DNA of 64,000 nt from Squalus acanthias (lineage: Eukaryota), in contig CM059431.1 in NCBI GenBank assembly GCA_030390025.1, positions 136,836,001 through 136,900,000 on the forward strand, written 5' to 3'. The notes beneath the pieces were generated by a model, which did no database searches, was not told the origin of the DNA, and worked only from the letters and a program-made list of their open reading frames with translations. Both the position numbers and the translations under genes were made by a program. Numbering within the stretch: the first letter of the stretch is position 1; each line of letters opens with the position of its first letter. Positions 37,001 to 51,374 of this stretch are shown here, piece by piece.

Positions 37001-40000
37001 GACTGGAAAATGGCAGAGTGTGGGAACCCGTGGGACTGGGATCTGGCAGTGTGTGGTAACCCGTGGGACTGGGAACTGGCAGAGTGGGGGAACCCGTGAG
37101 ACTGGGATCTGACAGATTGTGGGAACACGTGGGACTGGAAACTGGCAGAGTGCGGGAACCCGTGGGACTGGAATCTGACAGATTGTGGGAAAACTTGAGA
37201 CTGGAATCTGTCAGAATGCGTGTACCAGTGGGACTGGGAACTGGCAGAGTGTGGGAACCCTTGGGACTCTGATCTGGCTGCGTGTGGGAACCCGTGAGAC
37301 TGGGAACTAACAGATTGTGGGAACCCGTGGGACTGGAAACTGGCAGAGTGCAGCTACCCTTGAGACTGGGATCTGACAGAGTGCAGGAACCCATGAGACT
37401 ACGAACTGGCAAGGTGCGGGAACCCGTGAGGATGGGATCTGGCAGAGTGCGAGAATACGTGTGACTGGGAACTGGCAGAGTGTGGGTACACGTGGGACAG
37501 GGAACTGGCAGGGCGCGGGAATCCGTGGACTGGGATCTGACAGAGTGTGGGTACACGTGAGACTGGAAACTGGCAGGGTGCGGGAATCCGTGGACATGGA
37601 TCTGACAGAGTGTTGGTACACGTGTGACTGGGATCTGTCAGAGTGTGGGAACCCTTGAGACTGGAAACTGTCAGAATGCGTGTACCTGTTGGACTGGGAA
37701 CTGGAAGAGTGTGGGAACCCGTGGGACTGGTATCTGGCAGAGTGTGGGAACCCGTGGGACTGGGATCTGGCAGAGTGTGGAAACCCGTGGTTCTGGGATC
37801 TGGCAGAGTGTGGGAACCCGTGGGACTGGGAACTGGCAGAGTGTGGAAACCAGTGGGACTGGGAACTGGTTGAGAGTGGGAAACCGTGGGACAGGGATCT
37901 GCCAGAGTGTGTAAAACCGTAGCACTGGAATCGGGCAGAGTGCGGAAACTCGTGAGACTGGAAACTGGCTGAGTGCGGGAACGCGTAGGACTGGGATCTG
38001 GCAGAGAGCGGAAACCCGTGAGACTGGGATCTGGCAGAGTGCGGCAATGCGTAGGACTGGGATCTGGCAGAGTGCGGGAACCTGTGAGACTGGGAACTGG
38101 CAGAGAGCGGGAACCCGTGGGACTGGGATCTAGCAGATTGTGGGAAACTGTGGGACTGGGATCTGGCAGAGTGTGGGAACCCATGGGACTGGGATCTGGC
38201 AGATTGTGGGAAACTGTGGGACTGGGATCTGGCAGAGAGTGGGAAACCGTGAGACTGGGATCTGGCAGAGTGCGGCAACCTGTGAGACTGGGAACTGGCA
38301 GAGAGCGGGAACCCGTGGGACTGGGATCTGGCAGATTGTGGGAAACTGTGGGACTGGGATCTGGCAGAGTGTGGGAACCCTTGAGACTGGGATCTGGCAG
38401 AGTGCGGAAACCCGTGCGACTGGGAACTGGCAGAGTGCAGGAATCCGTTGGACTGGGAAGTGCCAGAGCTTGGGAAACCGTGGGACAGGTAACTGTCAGC
38501 GTGGGGGAACCCGTTAGACTGTGAACTGGCTGACTGCGGAAACCCGTGAGACTGGGATCTGGCAGAGTGTGGGAACCCGTGGGATTGGGATCTGGTAGAG
38601 TGCGGGGACCGGTGGGACTGTGAACTGGCAGAGTGCAGGAATCCGTTGGACTGGGAAGTGCCAGATTTTGGGAACCCGTGGGACAGGGAACTGGCAGAGT
38701 TGGGGAACCCGTGGGACTGGGAACTGGCAGAGTGCGGAAACCCGTGAGACTGGGATCTGGCAGAGTGCGGGTACACGTGAGACTGGAAAATGGCAGAGTG
38801 TGGGAATCCGTGGGACTGGGAACTGGCAGAGTGCGGAAACCCGTGAGACTGGGATCTGGCAGAGTGCGGAAACCCTTTGGACTGGACACTGGCAGAGTGC
38901 TGGAACCCGTGGGACTGGGATCTGGCAGAGAGTGGGAACCCGTGAGACTGGGATCTGGCAGAGTGCGGGAACCCGTGGGACTGGGATCAGTCAGATTGTG
39001 GGAAAACTTGAGACTGGAATCTGTCAGAATGCGTGTACCAGTGGGACTGGGACCTGGCAGACTGTGGGCACCCTTGGGACTCTGATCTGGCTGCGTGTGG
39101 GAACCCTTGAGACTGGGAACTGACAGATTGTGGGAACCCGTGGGACTGGAAACTGGCAGAGTGCAAGTACCCGTGACTCTGGGATCTGACAGAGTTCGGG
39201 ATCCCGTGGGACTGGGAACTGGCAGAGTGTGGGAACCCGTGGGACTGGGATCTGTCAGAATGCGTGTACCTGTTGGACTGGGAACTGGCAGAGTGTGGGA
39301 ACCCGTGGGACTGGGAACTGGCAGAGTGTGGGAACCCGTGGACAGGGATCTGGCAGATTGTGGGAACCCTCAGGACTGGGAACTGGTAGAGTGTGGGAAC
39401 CCGTGGGACTGGGAGCTGACAGAGTGTTGGAATCCGTTGGACTGGGATCTGACTGAGCGTGGGTACACGTGTGACTGGGAACTGGCAGAGTTTGGTAACC
39501 CGTGGGTCTGGGAACTGGCAGAGTGTGGAAACCCGTGGGACTGGGAAATGGCACAGTGTGGAAACCCGTAGGACTGGGATCTGGCAGAGTGTGGAAACCC
39601 GTGGGACTGGGAACTGGTTGAGTGTGGGAAACCGTGGGACAGGTATCTGCCAGAGTGTGGAAAACCGTAGGACTGGGATCGGGCAGAGTGCGGAAACTCT
39701 TGAGACTGGAATCTGGCGGAGTGTGGGAACCCGTGAGAAAGGGATCTGGCAGAGTGCGGGAACGCGTAGGACTGGGATCTGGCAGAGTGTGGGAACCCGT
39801 GGGACTGGAAACTGGCAGAGTGCGGTAACCCGTGAGACTGGGATCTGGCAGAGTGCGGGAACCCATGGGACTGGGATCTGGCAGAGTGCGGGAAACCGAG
39901 AGACTGGAATCTGGCAGAGTGCGGCAACCTGTGAGACTGGGAATTGTCAGTGTGTGGGAACCCGTGGGACTGGGATCTGGCAGATTGTGGGAAACTGTGG

Positions 40001-43000
40001 GACTGGGATCTGGCAGAGTGTGGAAACCCGTGGCATTGGTAATTAGCAGAGTGCGGAAACCCGTGGGACTGGGAACTGGCAGAGTGCAGGAATCCGTTGG
40101 ACTGGGAAGTGCCAGAGTTTGGGAACCCGTGGGACAGGGAAGTGCCAGAGTTTGGGAACCCGTGGGACTGGGAACTGGCAGAGTGGGGGAACCCGTGGGA
40201 CTGGGAACTGGCAGAGTGCAGGTACACGCGGGACTGGAAAATGGCAGAGTGTGGGAACCCGTGGGACTGGGATCTGGCACTGTGTGGTAACCCGTGGGAC
40301 TGGGAACTGGCAGAGTGGGGGAACCCGTGAGACTGGGATCTGACAGATTGTGGGAACCCATGAGACAGGGATTTGACAGAGTGCGGGAAGCCGTGGGACT
40401 GGGATCTGATAGAGTGTGGGTACACGTGGGACTGGGAACTGGCAGGGTGCGGGAATCCGTGGACCAGGATCTGACAGAGTGTGGGTACACGTGGGACTGG
40501 GATCTGGCAGAGTGCGGGAACCCGTGGGACTGGAATCTGACAGATTGTGGGAAACCTTGAGACTGGAATCTGTCAGAATGCGTGTACCAGTGGGACTGGG
40601 AACTGGCAGAGTGTGGGAACCCGTGGGACTCTGATCTGGCAGCGTTTGGGAAACCATGGGATTCTGATCTGGCAGAGTGTGGGAACCCGTGTGACTGGGA
40701 ACTGGCAGAGTGTGGGAACCCGTGGGACTGGGATCTGGCAGAGTGTGGTAACCCGTTGGACTGGGAACTGGCTGACTGCGGAAACCCGTGAGACTGGAAT
40801 CTGGCAGAGTGTGGGAACCCGTGGGATTGGGATTTGGTAGAGTGCGGGGTCCCGTGGGACTGTGAACTGGCAGAGTGCAGGAATCCGTTGGACTGGGAAG
40901 TGCCAGAGTTTGGTAACCCGTGGGACAGGGAACTGGCAGAGTTGGGGAATCCGTGGGACTGGGTACTGGCAGAGTGCGGAAACCCGTGAGACTGGGATCT
41001 GGCAGACTGCGGGTACACGTGGGACTGGAAAATGGCAGAGTGTGGGAACCCGTGGGACTGGGTACTGGCAGAGTGCGGTAACCCTTTGGACTGGACACTG
41101 GCAGAGTGCTGGAACCCGTGGGACTGGGATCAGTCAGATTGTGGGAACCCGTGAGACTGGGAACTGGCAGAGTGCAAGTACCCGTGACTCTGGGATCTGA
41201 CAGAGTTCGGGATCCCGTGGGACTGGGAACTGGCAGAGTGTGGGAACCCGTGGGACTGGGATCTGTCAGAATGCGTGTACCTGTTGGACTGGGAACTGGC
41301 AGAGTGTGGGAACCCGTGGGACTGGGAACTGGCAGAGTGTGGGAACCCGTGGACAGGGATCTGGCAGATTGTGGGAACCCTCAGGACTGGGAACTGGTAG
41401 AGTGTGGGAACCCGTGGGACTGGGAGCTGACAGAGTGTTGGAATCCGTTGGACTGGGATCTGACTGAGCGTGGGTACACGTGTGACTGGGAACTGGCAGA
41501 GTGTGGAAACCCGTGGGACTGGGAAATGGCACAGTGTGGAAACCCGTAGGACTGGGATCTGGCAGAGTGTGGAAACCCGTGGGACTGGGAACTGGTTGAG
41601 TGTGGGAAACCGTGGGACAGTATCTGCCAGAGTGTGGAAAACCGTAGGACTGGGATCGGGCAGAGTGCGGAAACTCTGAGACTGGAATCTGGCGGAGTGT
41701 GGGAACCCGTGAGAAAGGATCTGGCAGAGTGCGGGAACGCGTAGGACTGGGGATCTGGCAGAGTGTGTGGGAACCCGTGGGACTGGAAACTGGCAGAGTG
41801 CGGTAACCCGTGAGACTGGGATCCTGGCAGAGTGCGGGAACCCATGGGACTGGGATCTGGCAGAGTGCGGGAAACCGAGAGACTGGAATCTGGCAGAGTG
41901 CGGCAACCTGTGAGACTGGGAATTGTCAGTGTGTGGGAACCCGTGGGACTGGGATCTGGCAGATTGTGGGAAACTGTGGGACTGGGATCTGGCAGAGTGT
42001 GTGGAAACCCGTGGCATTGGGAATTAGCAGAGTGCGGAAACCCGTGGACTGGGAACTGGCAGAGTGCAGGAATCCGTTGGACTGGGAAGTGCCAGAGTTG
42101 GAACCCGTGGGACAGGGAAGTGCCAGAGTTTGGGAACCCGTGGGACTGGGAACTGGCAGAGTGGGGGAACCCGTGGGACTGGGAACTGGCAGAGTGCAGG
42201 TACACGCGGGACTGGAAAATGGCAGAGTGTGGGAACCCGTGGGACTGGGATCTGGCACTGTGTGGTAACCCGTGGGACTGGGAACTGGCAGAGTGGGGGA
42301 ACCCGTGAGACTGGGATCTGACAGATTGTGGGAACCCATGAGACAGGGATTTGACAGAGTGCGGGAAGCCGTGGGACTGGGATCTGATAGAGTGTGGGTA
42401 CACGTGGGACTGGGAACTGGCAGGGTGCGGGAATCCGTGGACCGGGATCTGACAGAGTGTGGGTACACGTGGGACTGGGATCTGGCAGAGTGCGGGAACC
42501 CGTGGGACTGGAATCTGACAGATTGTGGGAAACCTTGAGACTGGAATCTGTCAGAATGCGTGTACCAGTGGGACTGGGAACTGGCAGAGTGTGGGAACCC
42601 GTGGGACTCTGATCTGGCAGCGTTTGGGAAACCATGGGATTCTGATCTGGCAGAGTGTGGGAACCCGTGTGACTGGGAACTGGCAGAGTGTGGGAACCCG
42701 TGGGACTGGGATCTGGCAGAGTGTGGTAACCCGTTGGACTGGGAACTGGCTGACTGCGGAAACCCGTGAGACTGGATCTGGCAGAGTGTGGGAACCCGTG
42801 GGATTGGGATTTGGTAGAGTGCGGGGACCCGTGGGACTGTGAACTGGCAGAGTGCAGGAATCCGTTGGACTGGGAAGTGCCAGAGTTTGGGAACCCGTGG
42901 GACAGGGAACTGGCAGAGTTGGGGAATCCGTGGACTGGGTACTGGCAGAGTGCGGAAACCCGTGAGACTGGGATCTGGCAGACTGCGGGTACACGTGGGA

Positions 43001-46000
43001 CTGGAAAATGGCAGAGTGTGGGAACCCGTGGGACTGGGTACTGGCAGAGTGCGGTAACCCTTTGGACTGGACACTGGCAGAGTGCTGGAACCCGTGGGAC
43101 TGGGATCAGTCAGATTGTGGGAACCCGTGAGACTGGGAACTGGCAGAGTGCAAGTACCCGTGACTCTGGGATCTGACAGAGTTCGGGATCCCGTGGGACT
43201 GGGAACTGGCAGAGTGTGGGAACCCGTGGGACTGGGATCTGTCAGAATGCGTGTACCTGTTGGACTGGGAACTGGCAGAGTGTGGGAACCCGTGGGACTG
43301 GGAACTGGCAGAGTGTGGGAACCCGTGGACAGGGATCTGGCAGATTGTGGGAACCCTCAGGACTGGGAACTGGTAGAGTGTGGGAACCCGTGGGACTGGG
43401 AGCTGACAGAGTGTTGGAATCCGTTGGACTGGGATCTGACTGAGCGTGGGTACACGTGTGACTGGGAACTGGCAGAGTTTGGTAACCCGTGGGTCTGGGA
43501 ACTGGCAGAGTGTGGAAACCCGTGGGACTGGGAAATGGCACAGTGTGGAAACCCGTAGGACTGGGATCTGGCAGAGTGTGGAAACCCGTGGGACTGGGAA
43601 CTGGTTGAGTGTGGGAAACCGTGGGACAGGTATCTGCCAGAGTGTGGAAAACCGTAGGACTGGGATCGGGCAGAGTGCGGAAACTCTTGAGACTGGAATC
43701 TGGCGGAGTGTGGGAACCCGTGAGAAAGGGATCTGGCAGAGTGCGGGAACGCGTAGGACTGGGATCTGGCAGAGTGTGGGAACCCGTGGGACTGGAAACT
43801 GGCAGAGTGCGGTAACCCGTGAGACTGGGATCTGGCAGAGTGCGGGAACCCATGGGACTGGGATCTGGCAGAGTGCGGGAAACCGAGAGACTGGAATCTG
43901 GCAGAGTGCGGCAACCTGTGAGACTGGGAATTGTCAGTGTGTGGGAACCCGTGGGACTGGGATCTGGCAGATTGTGGGAAACTGTGGGACTGGGATCTGG
44001 CAGAGTGTGGAAACCCGTGGCATTGGGAATTAGCAGAGTGCGGAAACCCGTGGGACTGGGAACTGGCAGAGTGCAGGAATCCGTTGGACTGGGAAGTGCC
44101 AGAGTTTGGGAACCCGTGGGACAGGGAAGTGCCAGAGTTTGGGAACCCGTGGGACTGGGAACTGGCAGAGTGGGGGAAACCGTGGACTGGGAACTGGCAG
44201 AGTGCAGGTACACGCGGGACTGGAAAATGGCAGAGTGTGGGAACCCGGGGACTGGGATCTGGCACTGTGTGGTAACCCGTGGGACTGGGAACTGGCAGAG
44301 TGGGGAACCCGTGAGACTGGATCTGACAGATTGTGGGAACACGTGGACTGGAAACTGGCAGAGTGCCGGGAACCCGTGAGACTGGGAACTGACAGAGTGT
44401 GGGAAGCCGTGGGACTGGTATCTGGCAGAGTGTGGGATCCCGTGGGACTGGGATCTGGCAGTGTGTGGTAACCCGTGGGACTGGGAACTGGCAGAGTGCG
44501 GAAACCCGTGAGACTCTGATCTGGCAGAGTGTGGGACCCGTGGGACTGGGATCTGGCAGAGTTTGGGTACCCGTGGGACTGGGAAACTGGCAGAGTGGGG
44601 GAACCCGTGGGACTGGGAACTGGCAGAGTGAGGGAATCCGTGGGACTGGGAACTGGCAGAGTGCTGGAACCCGTGAGACTGGGATCTGGCAGAGTGTGGG
44701 AACCCGTGGGACTGGAAACTGGTAGAGTGCGGGAACCCGTGAGACTGGGATCTGGCAGAGTGCGGGAAACCGAGAGACTGGGATCTGGCAGAGTGCGGCA
44801 ACCTGTGAGACTGGGAATTGTCAGTGTGTGGGAACCCGTGGGACTGGGATCTGGCAGATTGTGGGAAACTGTGGGACTGGGATCTGGCAGAGTGTGGAAA
44901 CCCTTGAGACTGGGATCTGGCAGAGTGTGGAAACCCGTGGGATTGGGAATTAACAGAGTGTGGAAATCCGTGGGACTGGAACTGGCAGAGTGCAGGAATC
45001 CATTGGACTGGGAAGTGCCAGAGTTTGGGAACCCGTGGGACAGGGAAGTGCCAGAGTTTGGGAACCCGTGGGACTGGGAACTGGCAGAGTGGGGGAACCC
45101 GTGGGACTGGGAACTGGCAGAGTGCTGGTACACGCGGGACTGGAAAATGGCAGAGTGTGGGAACCCGTGGGACTGGGATCTGGCAGTGTGTGGTAACCCG
45201 TGGGACTGGGAACTGGCAGAGTGGGGGAACCCGTGAGACTGGGATCTGACAGATTGTGGGAACACGTGGGACTGGAAACTGGCAGAGTGCGGGAACCCGT
45301 GGGACTGGAATCTGACAGATTGTGGGAAAACTTGAGACTGGAATCTGTCAGAATGCGTGTACCAGTGGGACTGGGAACTGGCAGAGTGTGGGAACCCTTG
45401 GGACTCTGATCTGGCTGCGTGTGGGAACCCGTGAGACTGGGAACTAACAGATTGTGGGAACCCGTGGGACTGGAAACTGGCAGAGTGCAGCTACCCTTGA
45501 GACTGGGATCTGACAGAGTGCAGGAACCCATGAGACTACGAACTGGCAAGGTGCGGGAACCCGTGAGGATGGGATCTGGCAGGGTGCGAGAATACGTGTG
45601 ACTGGGAACTGGCAGAGTGTGGGTACACGTGGGACAGGGAACTGGCAGGGCGCGGGAATCCGTGGACTGGGATCTGACAGAGTGTGGGTACACGTGTGAC
45701 TGGGATCTGTCAGAGTGTGGGAACCCTTGAGACTGGAAACTGTCAGAATGCGTGTACCTGTTGGACTGGGAACTGGAAGAGTGTGGGAACCCGTGGGACT
45801 GGTATCTGGCAGAGTGTGGGAACCCGTGGGACTGGGATCTGGCAGAGTGTGGAAACCCGTGGTTCTGGGATCTGGCAGAGTGTGGGAACCCGTGGGACTG
45901 GGAACTGGCAGAGTGTGGAAACCAGTGGGACTGGAACTGGTGAGAGTGGGAAACCGTGGGACAGGGATCTGCCAGAGTGTGTAAACCGTAGCACTGGAAT

Positions 46001-49000
46001 CGGGCAGAGTGCGGAAACTCGTGAGACTGGAAACTGGCTGAGTGCGGGAACGCGTAGGACTGGGATCTGGCAGAGTGCGGAAACCCGTGAGACTGGGATC
46101 TGGCAGAGTGCGGCAATGCGTAGGACTGGGATCTGGCAGAGTGCGGGAACCTGTGAGACTGGGAACTGGCAGAGAGCGGGAACCCGTGGGACTGGGATCT
46201 AGCAGATTGTGGGAAACTGTGGGACTGGGATCTGGCAGAGTGTGGGAACCCATGGGACTGGGATCTGGCAGATTGTGGGAAACTGTGGGACTGGGATCTG
46301 GCAGAGAGTGGGAAACCGTGAGACTGGGATCTGGCAGAGTGCGGCAACCTGTGAGACTGGGAACTGGCAGAGAGCGGGAACCCGTGGGACTGGGATCTGG
46401 CAGATTGTGGGAAACTGTGGGACTGGGATCTGGCAGAGTGTGGGAACCCTTGAGACTGGGATCTGGCAGAGTGCGGAAACCCGTGCGACTGGGAACTGGC
46501 AGAGTGCAGGAATCCGTTGGACTGGGAAGTGCCAGAGCTTGGGAAACCGTGGGACAGGTAACTGTCAGCGTGGGGGAACCCGTTAGACTGTGAACTGGCT
46601 GACTGCGGAAACCCGTGAGACTGGGATCTGGCAGAGTGCGGGGACCGTGGGACTGTGAACTGGCAGAGTGCAGGAATCCGTTGGACTGGGAAGTGCCAGA
46701 GTTTGGGAACCCGTGGGACAGGGAACTGGCAGAGTTGGGGAATCCGTGGGACTGGGAACTGGCAGAGTGCGGAAACCCGTGAGACTGGGATCTGGCAGAG
46801 TGCGGGTACACGTGAGACTGGAAAATGGCAGAGTGTGGGAACCCGTGGGACTGGGAACTGGCAGAGTGCGGAAACCCGTGAGACTGGGATCTGGCAGAGT
46901 GCGGAAACCCTTTGGACTGGACACTGGCAGAGTGCTGGAACCCGTGGGACTGGGATCTGGCAGAGAGTGGGAACCCGTGAGACTGGGATCTGGCAGAGTG
47001 CGGGAACCCGTGGGACTGGGATCAGTCAGATTGTGGGAAACCTTGAGACTGGAATCTGTCAGAATGCGTGTACCAGTGGGACTGGGACCTGGCAGACTGT
47101 GGGCACCCTTGGGACTCTGATCTGGCTGCGTGTGGGAACCCTTGAGACTGGGAACTGACAGATTGTGGGAACCCGTGGGACTGGAAACTGGCAGAGTGCA
47201 AGTACCCGTGACTCTGGGATCTGACAGAGTTCGGGATCCCGTGGGACTGGGAACTGGCAGAGTGTGGGAACCCGTGGGACTGGGATCTGTCAGAATGCGT
47301 GTACCTGTTGGACTGGGAACTGGCAGAGTGTGGGAACCCGTGGGACTGGGAACTGGCAGAGTGTGGGAACCGTGGACAGGGATCTGGCAGATTGTGGGAA
47401 CCCTCAGGACTGGGAACTGGTAGAGTGTGGGAACCCGTGGGACTGGGAGCTGACAGAGTGTTGGAATCCGTTGGACTGGGATCTGACTGAGCGTGGGTAC
47501 ACGTGTGACTGGGAACTGGCAGAGTTTGGTAACCCGTGGGTCTGGGAACTGGCAGAGTGTGGAAACCCGTGGGACTGGGAAATGGCACAGTGTGGAAACC
47601 CGTAGGACTGGGATCTGGCAGAGTGTGGAAACCCGTGGGACTGGGAACTGGTTGAGTGTGGGAAACCGTGGGACAGGTATCTGCCAGAGTGTGGAAAACC
47701 GTAGGACTGGGATCGGGCAGAGTGCGGAAACTCTTGAGACTGGAATCTGGCGGAGTGTGGGAACCCGTGAGAAAGGGATCTGGCAGAGTGCGGGAACGCG
47801 TAGGACTGGGATCTGGCAGAGTGTGGGAACCCGTGGGACTGGAAACTGGCAGAGTGCGGTAACCCGTGAGACTGGGATCTGGCAGAGTGCGGGAACCCAT
47901 GGGACTGGGATCTGGCAGTGTGCGGGAAACCGAGAGACTGGAATCTGGCAGAGTGCGGCAACCTGTGAGACTGGGAATTGTCAGTGTGTGGGAACCCGTG
48001 GGACTGGGATCTGGCAGATTGTGGGAAACTGTGGGACTGGGATCTGGCAGAGTGTGGAAACCCGTGGCATTGGGAATTAGCAGAGTGCGGAAACCCGTGG
48101 GACTGGGAACTGGCAGAGTGCAGGAATCCGTTGGACTGGGAAGTGCCAGAGTTTGGGAACCCGTGGGACAGGGAAGTGCCAGAGTTTGGGAACCCGTGGG
48201 ACTGGGAACTGGCAGAGTGGGGGAACCCGTGGGACTGGGAACTGGCAGAGTGCAGGTACACGCGGGACTGGAAAATGGCAGAGTGTGGGAACCCGTGGGA
48301 CTGGGATCTGGCACTGTGTGGTAACCCGTGGGACTGGGAACTGGCAGAGTGGGGGAACCCGTGAGACTGGGATCTGACAGATTGTGGGAACACGTGGGAC
48401 TGGAAACTGGCAGAGTGCCGGGAACCCGTGAGACTGGGAACTGACAGAGTGTGGGAAGCCGTGGGACTGGTATCTGGCAGAGTGTGGGATCCCGTGGGAC
48501 TGGGATCTGGCAGTGTGTGGTAACCCGTGGGACTGGGAACTGGCAGAGTGCGGAAACCCGTGAGACTCTGATCTGGCAGAGTGTGGGACCCCGTGGGACT
48601 GGGATCTGGCAGAGTTTGGGTACCCGTGGGACTGGGAACTGGCAGAGTGTGGGAACCCGTGGGACTGGGAACTGGCAGAGTGAGGGAATCCGTGGGACTG
48701 GGAACTGGCAGAGTGCTGGAACCCGTGAGACTGGGATCTGGCAGAGTGTGGGAACCCGTGGGACTGGAAACTGGCAGAGTGCGGGAACCCGTGAGACTGG
48801 GATCTGGCAGAGTGCGGGAAACCGAGAGACTGGGATCTGGCAGAGTGCGGCAACCTGTGAGACTGGGAATTGTCAGTGTGTGGGAACCCGTGGGACTGGG
48901 ATCTGGCAGATTGTGGGAAACTGTGGGACTGGGATCTGGCAGAGTGTGGAAACCCTTGAGACTGGGATCTGGCAGAGTGTGGAAACCCGTGGGATTGGGA

Positions 49001-51374
49001 ATTAACAGAGTGTGGAAATCCGTGGGACTGGGAACTGGCAGAGTGCAGGAATCCATTGGACTGGGAAGTGCCAGAGTTTGGGAACCCGTGGGACAGGGAA
49101 GTGCCAGAGTTTGGGAACCCGTGGGACTGGGAACTGGCAGAGTGGGGGAACCCGTGGGACTGGGAACTGGCAGAGTGCTGGTACACGCGGGACTGGAAAA
49201 TGGCAGAGTGTGGGAACCCGTGGGACTGGGATCTGGCAGTGTGTGGTAACCCGTGGGACTGGGAACTGGCAGAGTGGGGGAACCCGTGAGACTGGGATCT
49301 GACAGATTGTGGGAACACGTGGGACTGGAAACTGGCAGAGTGCGGGAACCCGTGGGACTGGAATCTGACAGATTGTGGGAAAACTTGAGACTGGAATCTG
49401 TCAGAATGCGTGTACCAGTGGGACTGGGAACTGGCAGAGTGTGGGAACCCTTGGGACTCTGATCTGGCTGCGTGTGGGAACCCGTGAGACTGGGAACTAA
49501 CAGATTGTGGGAACCCGTGGGACTGGAAACTGGCAGAGTGCAGCTACCCTTGAGACTGGGATCTGACAGAGTGCAGGAACCCATGAGACTACGAACTGGC
49601 AAGGTGCGGGAACCCGTGAGGATGGGATCTGGCAGAGTGCGAGAATACGTGTCACTGGGAACTGGCAGAGTGTGGGTACACGTGGGACAGGGAACTGGCA
49701 GGGCGCGGGAATCCGTGGACTGGGATCTGACAGAGTGTGGGTACACGTGAGACTGGGAACTGGCAGGGTGCGGGAATCCGTGGACATGGATCTGACAGAG
49801 TGTTGGTACACGTGTGACTGGGATCTGTCAGAGTGTGGGAACCCTTGAGACTGGAAACTGTCAGAATGCGTGTACCTGTTGGACTGGGAACTGGAAGAGT
49901 GTGGGAACCCGTGGGACTGGTATCTGGCAGAGTGTGGGAACCCGTGGGACTGGGATCTGGCAGAGTGTGGAAACCCGTGGTTCTGGGATCTGGCAGAGTG
50001 TGGGAACCCGTGGGACTGGGAACTGGCAGAGTGTGGAAACCAGTGGGACTGGGAACTGGTTGAGAGTGGGAAACCGTGGGACAGGGATCTGCCAGAGTGT
50101 GTAAAACCGTAGCACTGGAATCGGGCAGAGTGCGGAAACTCGTGAGACTGGAAACTGGCTGAGTGCGGGAACGCGTAGGACTGGGATCTGGCAGAGTGCG
50201 GAAACCCGTGAGACTGGGATCTGGCAGAGTGCGGCAATGCGTAGGACTGGGATCTGGCAGAGTGCGGGAACCTGTGAGACTGGGAACTGGCAGAGAGCGG
50301 GAACCCGTGGGACTGGGATCTAGCAGATTGTGGGAAACTGTGGGACTGGGATCTGGCAGAGTGTGGGAACCCGTGGGACTGGGATCTGGCAGATTGTGGG
50401 AAACTGTGGGACTGGGATCTGGCAGAGAGTGGGAAACCGTGAGACTGGGATCTGGCAGAGTGCGGCAACCTGTGAGACTGGGAACTGGCAGAGAGCGGGA
50501 ACCCGTGGGACTGGGATCTGGCAGATTGTGGGAAACTGTGGGACTGGGATCTGGCAGAGTGTGGGAACCCTTGAGACTGGGATCTGGCAGAGTGCGGAAA
50601 CCCGTGCGACTGGGAACTGGCAGAGTGCAGGAATCCGTTGGACTGGGAAGTGCCAGAGCTTGGGAAACCGTGGGACAGGTAACTGTCAGCGTGGGGGAAC
50701 CCGTTAGACTGTGAACTGGCTGACTGCGGAAACCCGTGAGACTGGGATCTGGCAGAGTGTGGGAACCCGTGGGATTGGGATCTGGTAGAGTGCGGGGACC
50801 GGTGGGACTGTGAACTGGCAGAGTGCAGGAATCCGTTGGACTGGGAAGTGCCAGATTTTGGGAACCCGTGGGACAGGGAACTGGCAGAGTTGGGGAACCC
50901 GTGGGACTGGGAACTGGCAGAGTGCGGAAACCCGTGAGACTGGGATCTGGCAGAGTGCGGGTACACGTGAGACTGGAAAATGGCAGAGTGTGGGAATCCG
51001 TGGGACTGGGAACTGGCAGAGTGCGGAAACCCGTGAGACTGGGATCTGGCAGAGTGCGGAAACCCTTTGGACTGGACACTGGCAGAGTGCTGGAACCCGT
51101 GGGACTGGGATCTGGCAGAGAGTGGGAACCCGTGAGACTGGGATCTGGCAGAGTGCGGGAACCCGTGGGACTGGGATCAGTCAGATTGTGGGAAAACTTG
51201 AGACTGGAATCTGTCAGAATGCGTGTACCAGTGGGACTGGGACCTGGCAGACTGTGGGCACCCTTGGGACTCTGATCTGGCTGCGTGTGGGAACCCTTGA
51301 GACTGGGAACTGACAGATTGTGGGAACCCGTGGGACTGGAAACTGGCAGAGTGCAGCTACCCGTGAGACTGGGA

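Noticed and set aside
34057..51374. Composite transposon or inversion bounded by the inverted SINEs
   Set aside because: Satellite orientation is the same inside and outside, each SINE sits in register within a monomer, and there is no transposase or outer TSD.
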